The notes under the pieces: generated by a model
The model's database searches: none
The model's input: only the letters and a program-made list of their open reading frames with translations
What the model was told of the DNA's origin: nothing
Assembly: GCA_965222615.1 (NCBI GenBank)
Contig: CBDCUI010000009.1
Span: forward strand, 928,001 to 992,000
DNA: 64,000 nt
Source of the DNA: Gammaproteobacteria bacterium
Lineage (GTDB): Bacteria > Pseudomonadota > Gammaproteobacteria > UBA4575
Direction of reading: 5' to 3'
Translations under genes and position numbers: made by a program
Part shown: piece after piece, positions 30,417-40,081 of the stretch
How the letters are laid out: the number at the start of each line of letters is the position of its first letter
Position numbering within the stretch: the stretch's first letter is position 1

Positions 30417-30806
30417 CTAGCCTTGGCTCGCACGCATGGTAGGTGAACTACCATTAGAAAGGTTTGGCAAAACTTCGCGCTGAACATGTTGTTTAAAACG
30501 TTGAATATCGATACTGTCAGAGATACGTAACATTTTATGCATGCCATCTTCCGACAAAATCATCATATCGATCCAGGGATTTTTAGGGTTTTCTGGTGTA
30601 TCGATACGGTATTTACGTTTTTGCTCATCGCTAAGCTCACGTGTTGCTACGGTAACATTGGGCTTACCTGTGCGTTTATTGATTGCTAAACCAAGACAAC
30701 GACAAATATCCGCCGCAACAAACCACGGCTCACCGGTCTCTTCCTTGACGATCCTTATCTTGTAGCCGCCATAATCAAATAGCGATATATTTCCCACTTG
30801 TGTCAC
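30417..30806 (-). CDS. BRO-N domain protein (phage antirepressor-like)
   Basis: FDY..IRIV...GEPWFVAADICRCLGL...ILSEDGM...FK..V.REVLP. Confidence 0.8.
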   Translation of the reverse strand: MTQVGNISLFDYGGYKIRIVKEETGEPWFVAADICRCLGLAINKRTGKPNVTVATRELSDEQKRKYRIDTPENPKNPWIDMMILSEDGMHKMLRISDSIDIQRFKQHVQREVLPNLSNGSSPTMRASQG

Positions 30807-31100
30807 TCCTTGTTTTCATACACGACACACTGCCGCGCTCGAGGAATATTTATAGTGCGATCAAAGACCTACAGACGATGCTTGCCGCTTATTGGTACTA
30901 TCAGCCAGACGATCTGGAAGCAGATATTTAATTCACCTTAAAATCTGCAACTCATGCCCCAAATCCAGATAGATTAGATTGAGCCTAGCGAAAGCCGAAA
31001 AAAATCGAATTTGGCACTAGTGGTAGAAATTACGAGCCAAGTGGCTAGATATAGATTTGGCTCTAAATTTTCTGATTTTTTGAAAAATCGGCTCTATTTA

Positions 31101-31136
31101 TTGACCGACTTTATGAGGATCGTTACCATCTCCCGC
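31101..31136 (+). promoter_or_regulatory. Sigma70 promoter of tRNA-Asn
   Basis: TTGACC-17 bp-TACCAT followed by a GC-rich discriminator CTCCCGC. Confidence 0.7.
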
Positions 31137-31146
31137 TCCCTTTAAT

Positions 31147-31222
31147 TCCCCGGTAGCTCAGTTGGTAGAGCGGGTGACTGTTAATCACTAGGTCGGCGGT
31201 TCGAGCCCGTCCCGGGGAGCCA
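31147..31222 (+). tRNA. tRNA-Asn(GTT)
   Basis: TCCCCGGTAGCTCAGTTGGTAGAGCG-GGTGA-CTGTTAA-TCACT-AGGTCGGCGGTTCGAGCCCGTCCCGGGGAGCCA, 76 nt. Confidence 0.97.
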
Positions 31223-31617
31223 TAAATTCAATCACTTATCAATTTAGCTAAAGATTGTATTTTCTGTGTAGACATTTTGTAGACACATATTTCCCACTAA
31301 AAATAATATAGATTAATTTTAAATTTGTAGACAATTTTAAGATTAAAATGACAGTCAGAGTGAATTTTTGAATAAAACGTCGATTTGCTACTATTTATAT
31401 GTCGCTATTCATTGAAAACCCCTGTAAGGTGTTTCTAGATTAGAATTTCCTATTCCGACATTCTTCCAGAGTTTCATTTCTCCGCCAGTTTTCGGCAATC
31501 AGTTCTAACTATCGATTCTGTTGATCATATGTCAATGGAGCACTAATACACGTGCAAAAAGATTGAAAACCGGGAATGCGCACAATACAGCTCAAGCATC
31601 GAGCAAGGACTTAAATT

Positions 31618-31872
31618 ATGAAACTATATGTAGGTAATTTGCCTTGGAGTGTTACTGAATCGGATCTAAAAGAACTTTTTAGTGAGGTTGGCGAAGTTGT
31701 CAGTGCCACGCTTATCACTGACCGAAATTCTGGACAATCCCGCGGGTTCGGATTTATAGAAATGGCTAAAGAGGCGGGTCAACAAGCGATTAAAAAATTC
31801 AGCGGGCATGTAATTGACAACCGTGCATTACGTGTTAACGAAGCTATAGAGAAAAAATCTCGTCGCGCCTAG
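31618..31872 (+). CDS. RRM (RNP-1) RNA-binding protein
   Basis: RNP2 LYVGNL, RNP1 RGFGFIEM, LRVNEA. Confidence 0.92.
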   Translation: MKLYVGNLPWSVTESDLKELFSEVGEVVSATLITDRNSGQSRGFGFIEMAKEAGQQAIKKFSGHVIDNRALRVNEAIEKKSRRA

Positions 31873-31906
31873 AGTGGTTTATTAACTTAGGTATGGGCAA
31901 GAGACA

Positions 31907-31934
31907 CTCGAGCGGCATATTTGTGCTGCTCGAG
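31907..31934 (+). terminator. Stem-loop after the RRM gene (terminator or stabiliser)
   Basis: CTCGAGCGGCATATTTGTGCTGCTCGAG inverted repeat; weak U tract. Confidence 0.4.
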
Positions 31935-31966
31935 GTCCTTATGTTTCTTACAAAGGAGTTACTTAA

Positions 31967-32114
31967 ATGACCGAAGAAGACAAAGAAGTTGATGGATCAA
32001 TACAGGATTATATTCCAGCAAAAAATGGTGTATCTCTATAATGGGCACAAATATGACAATCTTAAAGATGCGATGAGCTTTGCCAAATTAGATATGAAAT
32101 CAAATAAAAATTAG
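31967..32114 (+). pseudogene. Small ORF, apparently frameshifted near codon 7
   Basis: AAGGAG SD + ATG 31967; removing one base joins MTEEDK to KLMDQYRIIFQQKMVYLYNGHKYDNLKDAMSFAKLDMKSNKN*. Confidence 0.45.
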
Positions 32115-32147
32115 AAAGTTCTTGAAAGGCATACTAAAGGGGACATT

Positions 32148-32537
32148 ATGGAGCATATCAAAGATATTAAAATCAAAGGACTAGACCCAAAAAGAAAACC
32201 CACGCTTAAAAATAAGAACTATGTAGATATAATTTTTGAGTTATCTCAAAAAGCCCCTCGAGATTGGTGTGCGGATTTCAATGTACTGGCTTCAAAAGAG
32301 AGTCTTAATGCGAAAATTGATCCTAATGAGGGACTCTATGTTGAAACATGGGTGAGAAATATTAACGATATCCCACAAGAACTTGAACTTATTAAACAAC
32401 TAATCATTATCTGTAGTAACTGCTTTATTGAACAGAAACAAGAAGAAGAACTAGCTTGGCAACAATCTGAAAGCACAAAAACCAATAGCCGAAGTGATGA
32501 GTTGGAAACAATACTAGCAAGTCTTTCCTATGACTAA
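32148..32537 (+). CDS. Hypothetical protein
   Basis: 129-aa ORF with AAGGGG SD; stop overlaps the next gene's start. Confidence 0.65.
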   Translation: MEHIKDIKIKGLDPKRKPTLKNKNYVDIIFELSQKAPRDWCADFNVLASKESLNAKIDPNEGLYVETWVRNINDIPQELELIKQLIIICSNCFIEQKQEEELAWQQSESTKTNSRSDELETILASLSYD

Positions 32538-32784
32538 TAATGCCTTGGGAAATTTTCAGCCTTATAGGCTTGTATCAATACAGAACACAGCTCCTCCAGC
32601 CGGTGCATCAGGAAGCAATTGGTACTTTTATGAGATTGCTCAGGGCGCCAATCTCATTCATGGCTATCGGCAAGGAAGTCTGAAGGCTGTAACGATGTTG
32701 GTGGAAGAAAATATTGCGTTGTTAAATCAACGCCAATTAGGAAAACGTGGGAATGACCATTTAAGGCAAAATTCTAAAAAGTAA
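32530..32784 (+). CDS. Hypothetical protein
   Basis: 84-aa ORF overlapping the end of the previous gene. Confidence 0.6.
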   Translation: MTNNALGNFQPYRLVSIQNTAPPAGASGSNWYFYEIAQGANLIHGYRQGSLKAVTMLVEENIALLNQRQLGKRGNDHLRQNSKK

Positions 32785-32831
32785 TTTTGAAACTGACAGC
32801 TTCTATTAAATAACCGTATATGGCCTCCCTC

Positions 32832-33078
32832 ATAATGCAAGTAAAATATTGTTTGGCAAAGCAGGGTCGACTGCACACGTATATTCGGCCTCAATGGTTA
32901 GCATACGTTGATGCTGGGCCATGATGGTGTATTCGCGCGCAAGCTCTCAATCGCTATTACGTACTGTACCGTACACGGACATTCTCGAGTTTCACTTGCA
33001 CCGGTTCAACCGGTTTACCATCTAATAGATTACTTCGCAATCGTGATGTGAATTTCCTTAAGTATCGTTATTTTGTTT
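32832..33078 (-). ncRNA. Probable IS1111 seekRNA/bridge RNA region
   Basis: ~250-nt non-coding segment between the transposase stop and the IR, where IS1111-group elements encode their guide RNA; boundaries not determined. Confidence 0.6.
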
Positions 33079-34113
33079 TTAGGTTACTGCCAACGCAGGA
33101 TCATAATCGGTTCCATTACGTAGCATGGCAAATGCCATGCGTACAGTTTTATTCGCCAGTGCCACCGCGGCCACATTCGTATGTTTTTGCTCTGCAAGAT
33201 TAGTCCCCCAGCGACTTAAACGATCCTCTTTATGTTTGGCTTGCGAGACCACAGCACGTGCTCCATGGATGAGTAAGGTGCGTAGATAGGCATCGCCACG
33301 TTTACTGATGCCGAGTAAATGTTCTTTGTTGCCTGAGCTATGTTGTCTGGGCGTTAACCCTAAAGATGCGGCCATCTGACGACTATTTCTATATTGTTTT
33401 GCATCCCCGACAGTTGCAATCAAAGCGGTGGCTACCATTGGTCCTACGCCACGTAATTGCTGTAACCGGGTTGTTACTTCGTTTTGTTTCGCGAAGTGTT
33501 CGATCGCTTGATCTAATTCTTGTACACGCTGATGTAATCCGATGAAATCATTCCACAGCCCTTGCAATAAAGACCGAAAACAATCCGTTAAACCATTCTC
33601 AGCATCTTCCAACCAAGTGGGAATTGTTTTGCGTAAGGTATGCAGTTGTTGTGGTGCGACCAGGCCGTATTCACTCACCAAGCCGCGTATTTGATTGGCT
33701 TTGGCGGTACGTTGTTGCACTAAAGTACTGCGAACACGATGCATGGCTTGAAGGTCTTGTTGTTCAATGCTCTTCATGGTTACAAATCGCATGTTAGGAC
33801 GACTCATGGCTTCACAGATCGCTTCAGCATCCTTGGCATCATTCTTGTTGCTTTTTACATAGGGCTTTACAAACTGGGGAGCAATGAGTTTTACGACATA
33901 GCCACGTTGTTTTAATATCCGTGCCCAGTGATGCGCACCGCTACAGGCTTCCATCCCAATCTCACAATCCGATTCGGCTGCAGCACACAACGTATCGATC
34001 CACTTACTTCGACTCAAGCGTCGTTTAAAAACACACTTTCCCGTGCGATCTACGCCGTGTAATTGAAAAACATTCTTTGCCAAATCGACACCCATGCGTG
34101 TAACCTTGTTCAT
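33079..34113 (-). CDS. IS110-family (DEDD) transposase/recombinase
   Basis: GVDLAK, GMEACS, KNDAKDAEAI; C-terminal LGLTPRQHSSG, ISKRGDAYLR. Confidence 0.96.
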   Translation of the reverse strand: MNKVTRMGVDLAKNVFQLHGVDRTGKCVFKRRLSRSKWIDTLCAAAESDCEIGMEACSGAHHWARILKQRGYVVKLIAPQFVKPYVKSNKNDAKDAEAICEAMSRPNMRFVTMKSIEQQDLQAMHRVRSTLVQQRTAKANQIRGLVSEYGLVAPQQLHTLRKTIPTWLEDAENGLTDCFRSLLQGLWNDFIGLHQRVQELDQAIEHFAKQNEVTTRLQQLRGVGPMVATALIATVGDAKQYRNSRQMAASLGLTPRQHSSGNKEHLLGISKRGDAYLRTLLIHGARAVVSQAKHKEDRLSRWGTNLAEQKHTNVAAVALANKTVRMAFAMLRNGTDYDPALAVT

Positions 34114-34253
34114 TGTATGGTCTCCTTCTTTTACTGACTGGTTATAATCGCTTCCAGTTTGGGCACATTGCGATGCCGTTTAAAGTAGAGGGAGGCCATA
34201 CCATTGCTATTGGCCGAATGCAGTCATAATTCAAGACAAAACCTGGTGTTATG

Positions 34254-34314
34254 CGCAAATGAATAGTGACGAAGTCACACAACTAGTTTTGCAAATTAAT
34301 AATGGCGAAGCCAT
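34254..34314. repeat. Two more hairpin+TTAATTTGCG-type units, reverse orientation
   Basis: CGCAAATGAATA-GTGAC-GAA-GTCAC and TGCAAATTAATA-ATGGC-GAA-GCCAT. Confidence 0.7.
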
Positions 34315-34468
34315 GTATATTTGATGGCACAACGGATGATAGGTCACATGTCACTTCGTAGTTATGATAACCACCATGGATGTGACCTGATACTACTCAA
34401 TTAACCGCTTGTAATTCGATTTTTAAATAAGAGCCTTGACCACTTTTGCTAGTAGTTTTTCAAATAAA

Positions 34469-34765
34469 TCAATAAGTAGTTTCTACTTGATTAGATACTT
34501 GTTTATCTTCTTCGACCTCTACAACTTCTAGTCTATATAATTTTTGATCCCAGACATCACCATGGTAGCTATTGACACTGTGCATAAGTTCATTACTACG
34601 TAAAAATACGTAGTCAATTCTGTCATTAGTCGAGTTTACGTACTCCATTAAGCCATCCATTTTAGAGTTCATTTCTTTTATCTTACTATTCAAATTCAGG
34701 TAAGGAAGAAATGCGCCAAAAGCAAAAGCAATAACTGCCACAAGAATTGTGTGTTTGTTTTTCAT
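34469..34765 (-). CDS. Hypothetical membrane-anchored protein
   Basis: N-terminal hydrophobic helix followed by a heptad-like segment. Confidence 0.55.
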   Translation of the reverse strand: MKNKHTILVAVIAFAFGAFLPYLNLNSKIKEMNSKMDGLMEYVNSTNDRIDYVFLRSNELMHSVNSYHGDVWDQKLYRLEVVEVEEDKQVSNQVETTY

Positions 34766-35094
34766 AATACTAATCCCTATTACGACCCACCGAACAGGTA
34801 AAAGAACCTGTAGACTATAAATTATTTTTAACCAAGGTTTTTATAAATTAGGTATAGAGTTATTCTACAACCCAACCTGGAGCAGGTATTCTACGCCTTA
34901 ATTAAAAAAAGTGGAATACGTATCATCTCGAAAATAAAAAAATTATTCTGAATATATTTTTTATTCTTTCTGTTATCCACTGCATCATTGCCAAAAAGGA
35001 TAATTGTCTCTTATAACTTTTTTTAATAGTTAATTAACTTTTGAATTTTAGATCTCAACTCACTAGTTAATCAGTATTTTGTAAGCTAGGTATT

Positions 35095-36051
35095 TTAAAT
35101 ATTAAACTCAGCCCATAAAGGACGATGATCGCTTAAATAGTAGCGCAGATATGCATTGAATTGCGCTTTTGACTTATTTTCCCACAAGGTTTTAAAAACA
35201 CCCCCATCAAAATCGAATACACCAATATTTCCTGTGAATTCTTCATCTGTTTTACCTGGTAAAAACATGATTTGATCGTACTCCGCATCCGTTGCAATAC
35301 TGGAAGCAATCTGCGTGGAGTGTGGCGGGCGTTGCAACCCTCTTTTGCGTAAAGCCGCATAGATCTTGTCACCCGGCTCTACTTTCGGAATATTAAAATC
35401 CCCCAAAACAATGATGTCTTCCACATAGGCGTTTTTACTTCTGCACCGCAAATCTGCCCATCGCGAGACCGCATAGGCTTCCAATGCCCTACGTTCTCGG
35501 TCTTTCTTTGAATCTTCCCCGAAAAACAAATGCACATTAACTAAAACAAATTCAAAAGTACCTGCACCAAAAGCCACCAAATAAGGGTTACGATCAAAGC
35601 CTTTAAATTTGCGTCGTATGCTCGGAAGTTTAATATAGTCTATATCTTTTGGAGCAACTGCAACCTCGCCAACCTTTTCCAACTGAGCGATTTTATTGCT
35701 ATCGTATAAATAGGCCATGCGCTCATCATTTCCTCCCTTATCCGAAAATGTAGCGTAATAGCTGTTAGGTAAATGTTTTTGAATACCACGTAGGCCGCTC
35801 AAATTATCTTTGACCTCTTGAAGCGCTATGATGTCGAACCAGCTAAGGATTTCTGCCAATAGTCGATAGTCTTTATCGCGGCGCTTTTGTTCACCAAGAT
35901 TGGCGATATTCCATGTGGCGATCAACAGTTTCTTGGTGGTCTTTTTGGGAATACTTCTCCCTGGTTTGGTATCCCGATAGTGACGTAATCTTTGAATTTC
36001 GATAGATGTCCTATAATTAAACCTAAAAGATGGTTTAGGAAAGGACGGCAT
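35095..36051 (-). CDS. Endonuclease/exonuclease/phosphatase (EEP, DNase I-like) protein
   Basis: IATWNI, ALQEV, VNVHL, LGDFN, YDQI, SDHRP. Confidence 0.9.
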   Translation of the reverse strand: MPSFPKPSFRFNYRTSIEIQRLRHYRDTKPGRSIPKKTTKKLLIATWNIANLGEQKRRDKDYRLLAEILSWFDIIALQEVKDNLSGLRGIQKHLPNSYYATFSDKGGNDERMAYLYDSNKIAQLEKVGEVAVAPKDIDYIKLPSIRRKFKGFDRNPYLVAFGAGTFEFVLVNVHLFFGEDSKKDRERRALEAYAVSRWADLRCRSKNAYVEDIIVLGDFNIPKVEPGDKIYAALRKRGLQRPPHSTQIASSIATDAEYDQIMFLPGKTDEEFTGNIGVFDFDGGVFKTLWENKSKAQFNAYLRYYLSDHRPLWAEFNI

Positions 36052-36105
36052 ACTTTTAGAGAACTAAATTCGACATGAGTATGCAGTAACTTGATATGAG
36101 CTATT

Positions 36106-36981
36106 TCAATCTAATCTAAGTTTACTTAAATATTCCTTAAAATCCTTACCTACTCTTGGATGTCTTAGGGCATATTCAACCGTGGCTTCTAAATAACCTT
36201 CCTTACTTCCACAGTCGTAACGCTTGCCTTTAAATTGATACGCCAATAGCTTTTCTTTTTTAGCTTGTTCGGCAAGTGCATCAGTCAATTGAATTTCTCC
36301 TCCTGCGCCTTTTTGCGTATTTTCCAAAATATCAAAAATCGACGGCTCTAAAATGTATCTTCCGACTACAGCTACATTCGAGGGGGCATCTTTCGGATCA
36401 GGCTTTTCAACAAAGGTATCTACATTCCATAAGTCATCGCTGATCTTTTCGCCAGAAATTACACCATAACTCTTAACTTCTTCTTGCTTCACCACTTGCA
36501 CTCCAACGACACCACAATCTTCTTTTTCATACACGTCTACCATTTGCGACAAACATCCAGAATTGTGATCATGTATAAGGTCATCTGCAAGTATCACTGC
36601 GAACGGATATTTGCCCACCACTGGTCTAGCACAATGCACCGCGTGACCCAAGCCTAATGGTTGAGACTGACGGATATATATGCAATTTACTTCGCTTGGC
36701 AAAACATTTTGCACCATCCCCAACATAGTATCTTTGCCATCTGCTTTGAGTTCAGACTCTAGCTCATAGGCCTTATCAAAATGATCTTCAATAGAACGCT
36801 TATTACGTCCAGTAATAAAAATCAACGTATCAATGCCTGCAGACACTGCCTCTTCAGCCGCATACTGAATGAGCGGCTTATCGACAACCGCAAGCATTTC
36901 TTTAGGATTGGCCTTTGTAGCAGGTAGAAAACGTGTTCCCATTCCAGCGACAGGAAATACAGCTTTACGGATTCTTTTCAC
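36106..36981 (-). CDS. galU: UTP-glucose-1-phosphate uridylyltransferase
   Basis: AVFPVAGMGTRFLPATKANPKEML, GLGHA, VEKP, EIQLTDA. Confidence 0.96.
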   Translation of the reverse strand: MKRIRKAVFPVAGMGTRFLPATKANPKEMLAVVDKPLIQYAAEEAVSAGIDTLIFITGRNKRSIEDHFDKAYELESELKADGKDTMLGMVQNVLPSEVNCIYIRQSQPLGLGHAVHCARPVVGKYPFAVILADDLIHDHNSGCLSQMVDVYEKEDCGVVGVQVVKQEEVKSYGVISGEKISDDLWNVDTFVEKPDPKDAPSNVAVVGRYILEPSIFDILENTQKGAGGEIQLTDALAEQAKKEKLLAYQFKGKRYDCGSKEGYLEATVEYALRHPRVGKDFKEYLSKLRLD

Positions 36982-37115
36982 GGTTTATTATTTTTTTATC
37001 TACGAAATTAATAGTTTAACACTGATATATAAACAAATAATTACAGCATTTATATACCATTACAACACTATTATCTGTGTAATTCGTCAAGGACGTGTAT
37101 TTAGCAGACGGCCTG

Positions 37116-37373
37116 TTAATCTCGTACGAGAATATCTTTTTGGTTCTTTTCTAGGGTTTTTGGACCAATTCCTTTCACTTTTGTAATCTCTTCAGGACTA
37201 AAAAAGGGACCATTGATCTTTCTATACTCGATGATAGCCAAAGCTTTTTTTGGGCCGACACCATGCAGATTTTGCTCAAGCTCTTCTGCACTTGCAGTAT
37301 TGATATTTACAGGATCCGCAAATACCTTAACCGCTATGAAAAAAAGTATGCTTGCAAGGATTATACGAAACAC
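37116..37373 (-). CDS. comEA: ComEA-family helix-hairpin-helix DNA-binding protein
   Basis: Signal peptide; VNINTASAEEL..L.GVGPKKA..I..YR..GPF...VKGIG. Confidence 0.88.
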   Translation of the reverse strand: MFRIILASILFFIAVKVFADPVNINTASAEELEQNLHGVGPKKALAIIEYRKINGPFFSPEEITKVKGIGPKTLEKNQKDILVRD

Positions 37374-37495
37374 CTAAGACACCCCAACTCACAAAATATT
37401 CTTTAAAACAAGAATATTATAAAGATTAATGATCGTGAAGCTACAGCCTAATCATGGCTAGTCTAGAATTTCTTGCAGTCTTATTACTTCATAAC

Positions 37496-38203
37496 TTAGG
37501 AATTACTAGAGCTCCAACTAGCAAGATATTGATTGATTGCAAAAATTGGGTCCTTTGCTTGGGTGATAGGCCGTCCTACAACAATATAATTTGCGCCTAA
37601 TTTTTGTGCCTGCTGCGGATTCGCCACTTGACTTTGGTCATTGTTAGTGTCATCGCTTAAACGTATCCCCGGTGTAACAATGATAGGAACATTGCCCCAT
37701 TTGCTCCTCACTGCTTGTGCCTCGTGTACAGAACACACTACTCCATCCATTTTTGCTTGCAGTGCAAGAGTTACAAGTCGCAGCACATAGTCTTTGCTTG
37801 ACTGTTGTATACCCATCATATCAATTTGCTGCTGATCTAACGAAGTTAACATGGTGACTGCAATCAACTTGGTTTGAGAACTTTCGGCTGACATTACATC
37901 ACGTGCGGCCTCTAACATTTTAGTTCCACCTGATGCATGTAAGGTCATCATCCATACGCCCAAGCTTGCAGCAGATTTACAAGCCGAGGCCACGGTATTG
38001 GGAATATCGTGAAGTTTAAGATCGAGAAAAACTTGATGGCCATCTTTCACAAGCTTTTCGACAAAGCCTGGCCCTTCAGAGATAAACAATTCGAGACCGA
38101 CTTTCAGTTTACAAGTTTGGCCTTGTATGCGTTCTAGAAATGTATTGGTTAATTTTGCATCTGGGAAATCGAGCGCAATGATGATAGGGGAATCTTCAGA
38201 CAT
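37496..38203 (-). CDS. pyrF: Orotidine-5'-phosphate decarboxylase
   Basis: IIALD, FLDLKLHDIPNT, TPGIR, VVGRPI. Confidence 0.97.
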   Translation of the reverse strand: MSEDSPIIIALDFPDAKLTNTFLERIQGQTCKLKVGLELFISEGPGFVEKLVKDGHQVFLDLKLHDIPNTVASACKSAASLGVWMMTLHASGGTKMLEAARDVMSAESSQTKLIAVTMLTSLDQQQIDMMGIQQSSKDYVLRLVTLALQAKMDGVVCSVHEAQAVRSKWGNVPIIVTPGIRLSDDTNNDQSQVANPQQAQKLGANYIVVGRPITQAKDPIFAINQYLASWSSSNS

Positions 38204-38233
38204 AATAGTATTTACCAGAACCAGAGACCTCTG

Positions 38234-39391
38234 CTAATTTAAGCTGGGCATAATGGGAACTACCGTCCCCCAATAGTGACAACTTGGACATTGCCAGTAC
38301 AGCGCCTTCCCATGAAACCCACATTGCTTACATTGGTGGGAGGCTCGCCCTCGAATAAAATTCTCCACACTGCTTTGCACCTTAGAAAGACCTAGCTCGC
38401 TAAGCGATTCATTTTTCACTTGTTTGTTTTTTAAAAACGCATTAACTTCAAGCAATGATAACTCTGATTTTTCCAGCAACCAATCTAAGATCATTTTCTT
38501 TTCTGTATCGTTATCAGAAAGGTTAGTTAAAAGTGCAGAAAGTGATATACCACTCAATTCTGAATCTTTAATGCTTGTTAGAAATTCTTTAAATCCAATG
38601 TAATCATTTTGGCGTAAAAAAGCCTCGCGCAGCTTCATAAATACTTCTGGCAAATATTCCGGGTTTTGTCTAGAAACTGCCTTATAGTGTTTGATTGCAG
38701 ACTTATAATTCCCTTCATGTATAGCAAAATTACCAAGCAATACATTTGCTCTAGCACAATTTTTATCATAAGCAAGGGCTTTTTTTGCCAATTTATTGGC
38801 GGAAATAATTCCATTATTTGGATCTTTGAATGCTAACTCGCTCAACTCGCAATAGTAATGAGCTGTGATCTGATTCATTTTCTTTCCACTTACTCTTTCT
38901 ATTTTTTTGGTGGTTTCAATCGCCTTTTCCCACTCTTTTTCTTGCTCATACAAACTTAGCAATAACGGATAAGCCTCATCTGTCTGTATACCTATTTCGA
39001 TTACGTCTTTAAATAGAGACTCTGCACGGTCAAGTAATCCAGCTTTGAGGTAGTCTTTAGCCAATTCAAGCAAAGCAGTAGATTTATATGTCGAATCTAG
39101 CGCCGGTCTAGCAATAAGATTCTGATGAATACGGATCGCTCTATCCACTTCTCCTCTACGACGAAACATATTACCCAAGACAAGATGGGTTTCAATTGTC
39201 TCAGAATCGACATCCACCAATTCTATAAATACTTCCAGTGCCTTATCTGGCTGTTCATTAAGTAAGTAATTTAAGCCTTTGAGATATTCACCAGGAATTT
39301 TTGGCTCAGACTTATTTTTATAAAAGATATAAGCGAGATACCAGCCGGCAGCTCCTGCCAATAGCAGTAGCAACCAATATATTTCAGGCAT
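38234..39391 (-). CDS. lapB: LPS assembly protein B
   Basis: TM anchor, TPRs (RGEVDRAIRIHQNL), rubredoxin-like CKQCGF...WQCPSC. Confidence 0.95.
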   Translation of the reverse strand: MPEIYWLLLLLAGAAGWYLAYIFYKNKSEPKIPGEYLKGLNYLLNEQPDKALEVFIELVDVDSETIETHLVLGNMFRRRGEVDRAIRIHQNLIARPALDSTYKSTALLELAKDYLKAGLLDRAESLFKDVIEIGIQTDEAYPLLLSLYEQEKEWEKAIETTKKIERVSGKKMNQITAHYYCELSELAFKDPNNGIISANKLAKKALAYDKNCARANVLLGNFAIHEGNYKSAIKHYKAVSRQNPEYLPEVFMKLREAFLRQNDYIGFKEFLTSIKDSELSGISLSALLTNLSDNDTEKKMILDWLLEKSELSLLEVNAFLKNKQVKNESLSELGLSKVQSSVENFIRGRASHQCKQCGFHGKALYWQCPSCHYWGTVVPIMPSLN

Positions 39392-39684
39392 TAGTGAGAA
39401 CTCTTAATCGGCAATTGTCGCAAATTGGCAACTTCCTGCTCAGCAACAGCAACTTTTTTAGCCAATGTCTTTGCACGTCTTTTATTCTTCAGTGCTAATT
39501 TAATACTAAAGAAAACGCCAACCACTGCACCCAATATAAAACTGACCATCAGCGCTACACTTAATGGTATTTGTACATTTTGTACAAGGAAATTAACTGT
39601 TATTGGCTCAAGATTTTCTAAAGAAAATACAAAGATAAGTAGAACAAGCGCAAGTGTTGCAATAAATATTAAAAAACGGAGCAT
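39391..39684 (-). CDS. lapA: LPS assembly protein A
   Basis: Two TM helices plus basic coiled coil; ihfB-lapA-lapB-pyrF synteny. Confidence 0.88.
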   Translation of the reverse strand: MLRFLIFIATLALVLLIFVFSLENLEPITVNFLVQNVQIPLSVALMVSFILGAVVGVFFSIKLALKNKRRAKTLAKKVAVAEQEVANLRQLPIKSSH

Positions 39685-39736
39685 CTAATTTTTATTGAGC
39701 AACTGCTGCCGCTGTTTACCCATGTTTCGTATCGTA

Positions 39737-40057
39737 TTACTGGCTGGTTAATGTTCTATTTACTCGCTCGCGCAACTCTTTGCCTGGTTTAAAGTGTGGC
39801 ACATGTTTGCCTGGTAATGATACAGCATCTCCAGTTTTTGGATTTCGCCCTATGCGTGGAGGTCTAAAATGTAGTGAAAAACTCCCAAAACCTCGAATTT
39901 CAATGCGATCCCCTTTAGACAATGACGTACTCATTTGCTCAATAATACTTTTAATTGATAACTCAATGTCTTTATGAGCAAGATGATTTTGCTTAAGTGA
40001 GATTTTTTCAATTAGTTCCGATTTAGTAATCATGCTTTTGTTTATTTCTATACTCAT
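39737..40057 (-). CDS. ihfB: Integration host factor beta (start may be 40033)
   Basis: TKSELIE...[10 protein letters not shown]...GRNPKTG...[13 protein letters not shown]. Confidence 0.97.
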   Translation of the reverse strand: MSIEINKSMITKSELIEKISLKQNHLAHKDIELSIKSIIEQMSTSLSKGDRIEIRGFGSFSLHFRPPRIGRNPKTGDAVSLPGKHVPHFKPGKELRERVNRTLTSQ

Positions 40058-40081
40058 GACATCCTCTTAATTGAAAGTAAT

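Larger units (their letters stand above)
32817..34206 (-). mobile_element. IS110-family element, IS1111 group
   Basis: Perfect 13-bp subterminal IRs TATGGCCTCCCTC (32819-32831) / GAGGGAGGCCATA (34188-34200); long 3' non-coding region; exact ends inferred. Confidence 0.9.

Noticed and set aside
34232-34260. Possible dif/pdif or attC site (TTTGCGCATAA / GTTATGC)
   Set aside because: An XerC-like half is present but there is no XerD arm (TTATGTTAAAT) at 6-bp spacing, no matching attC inverse core and no integron integrase
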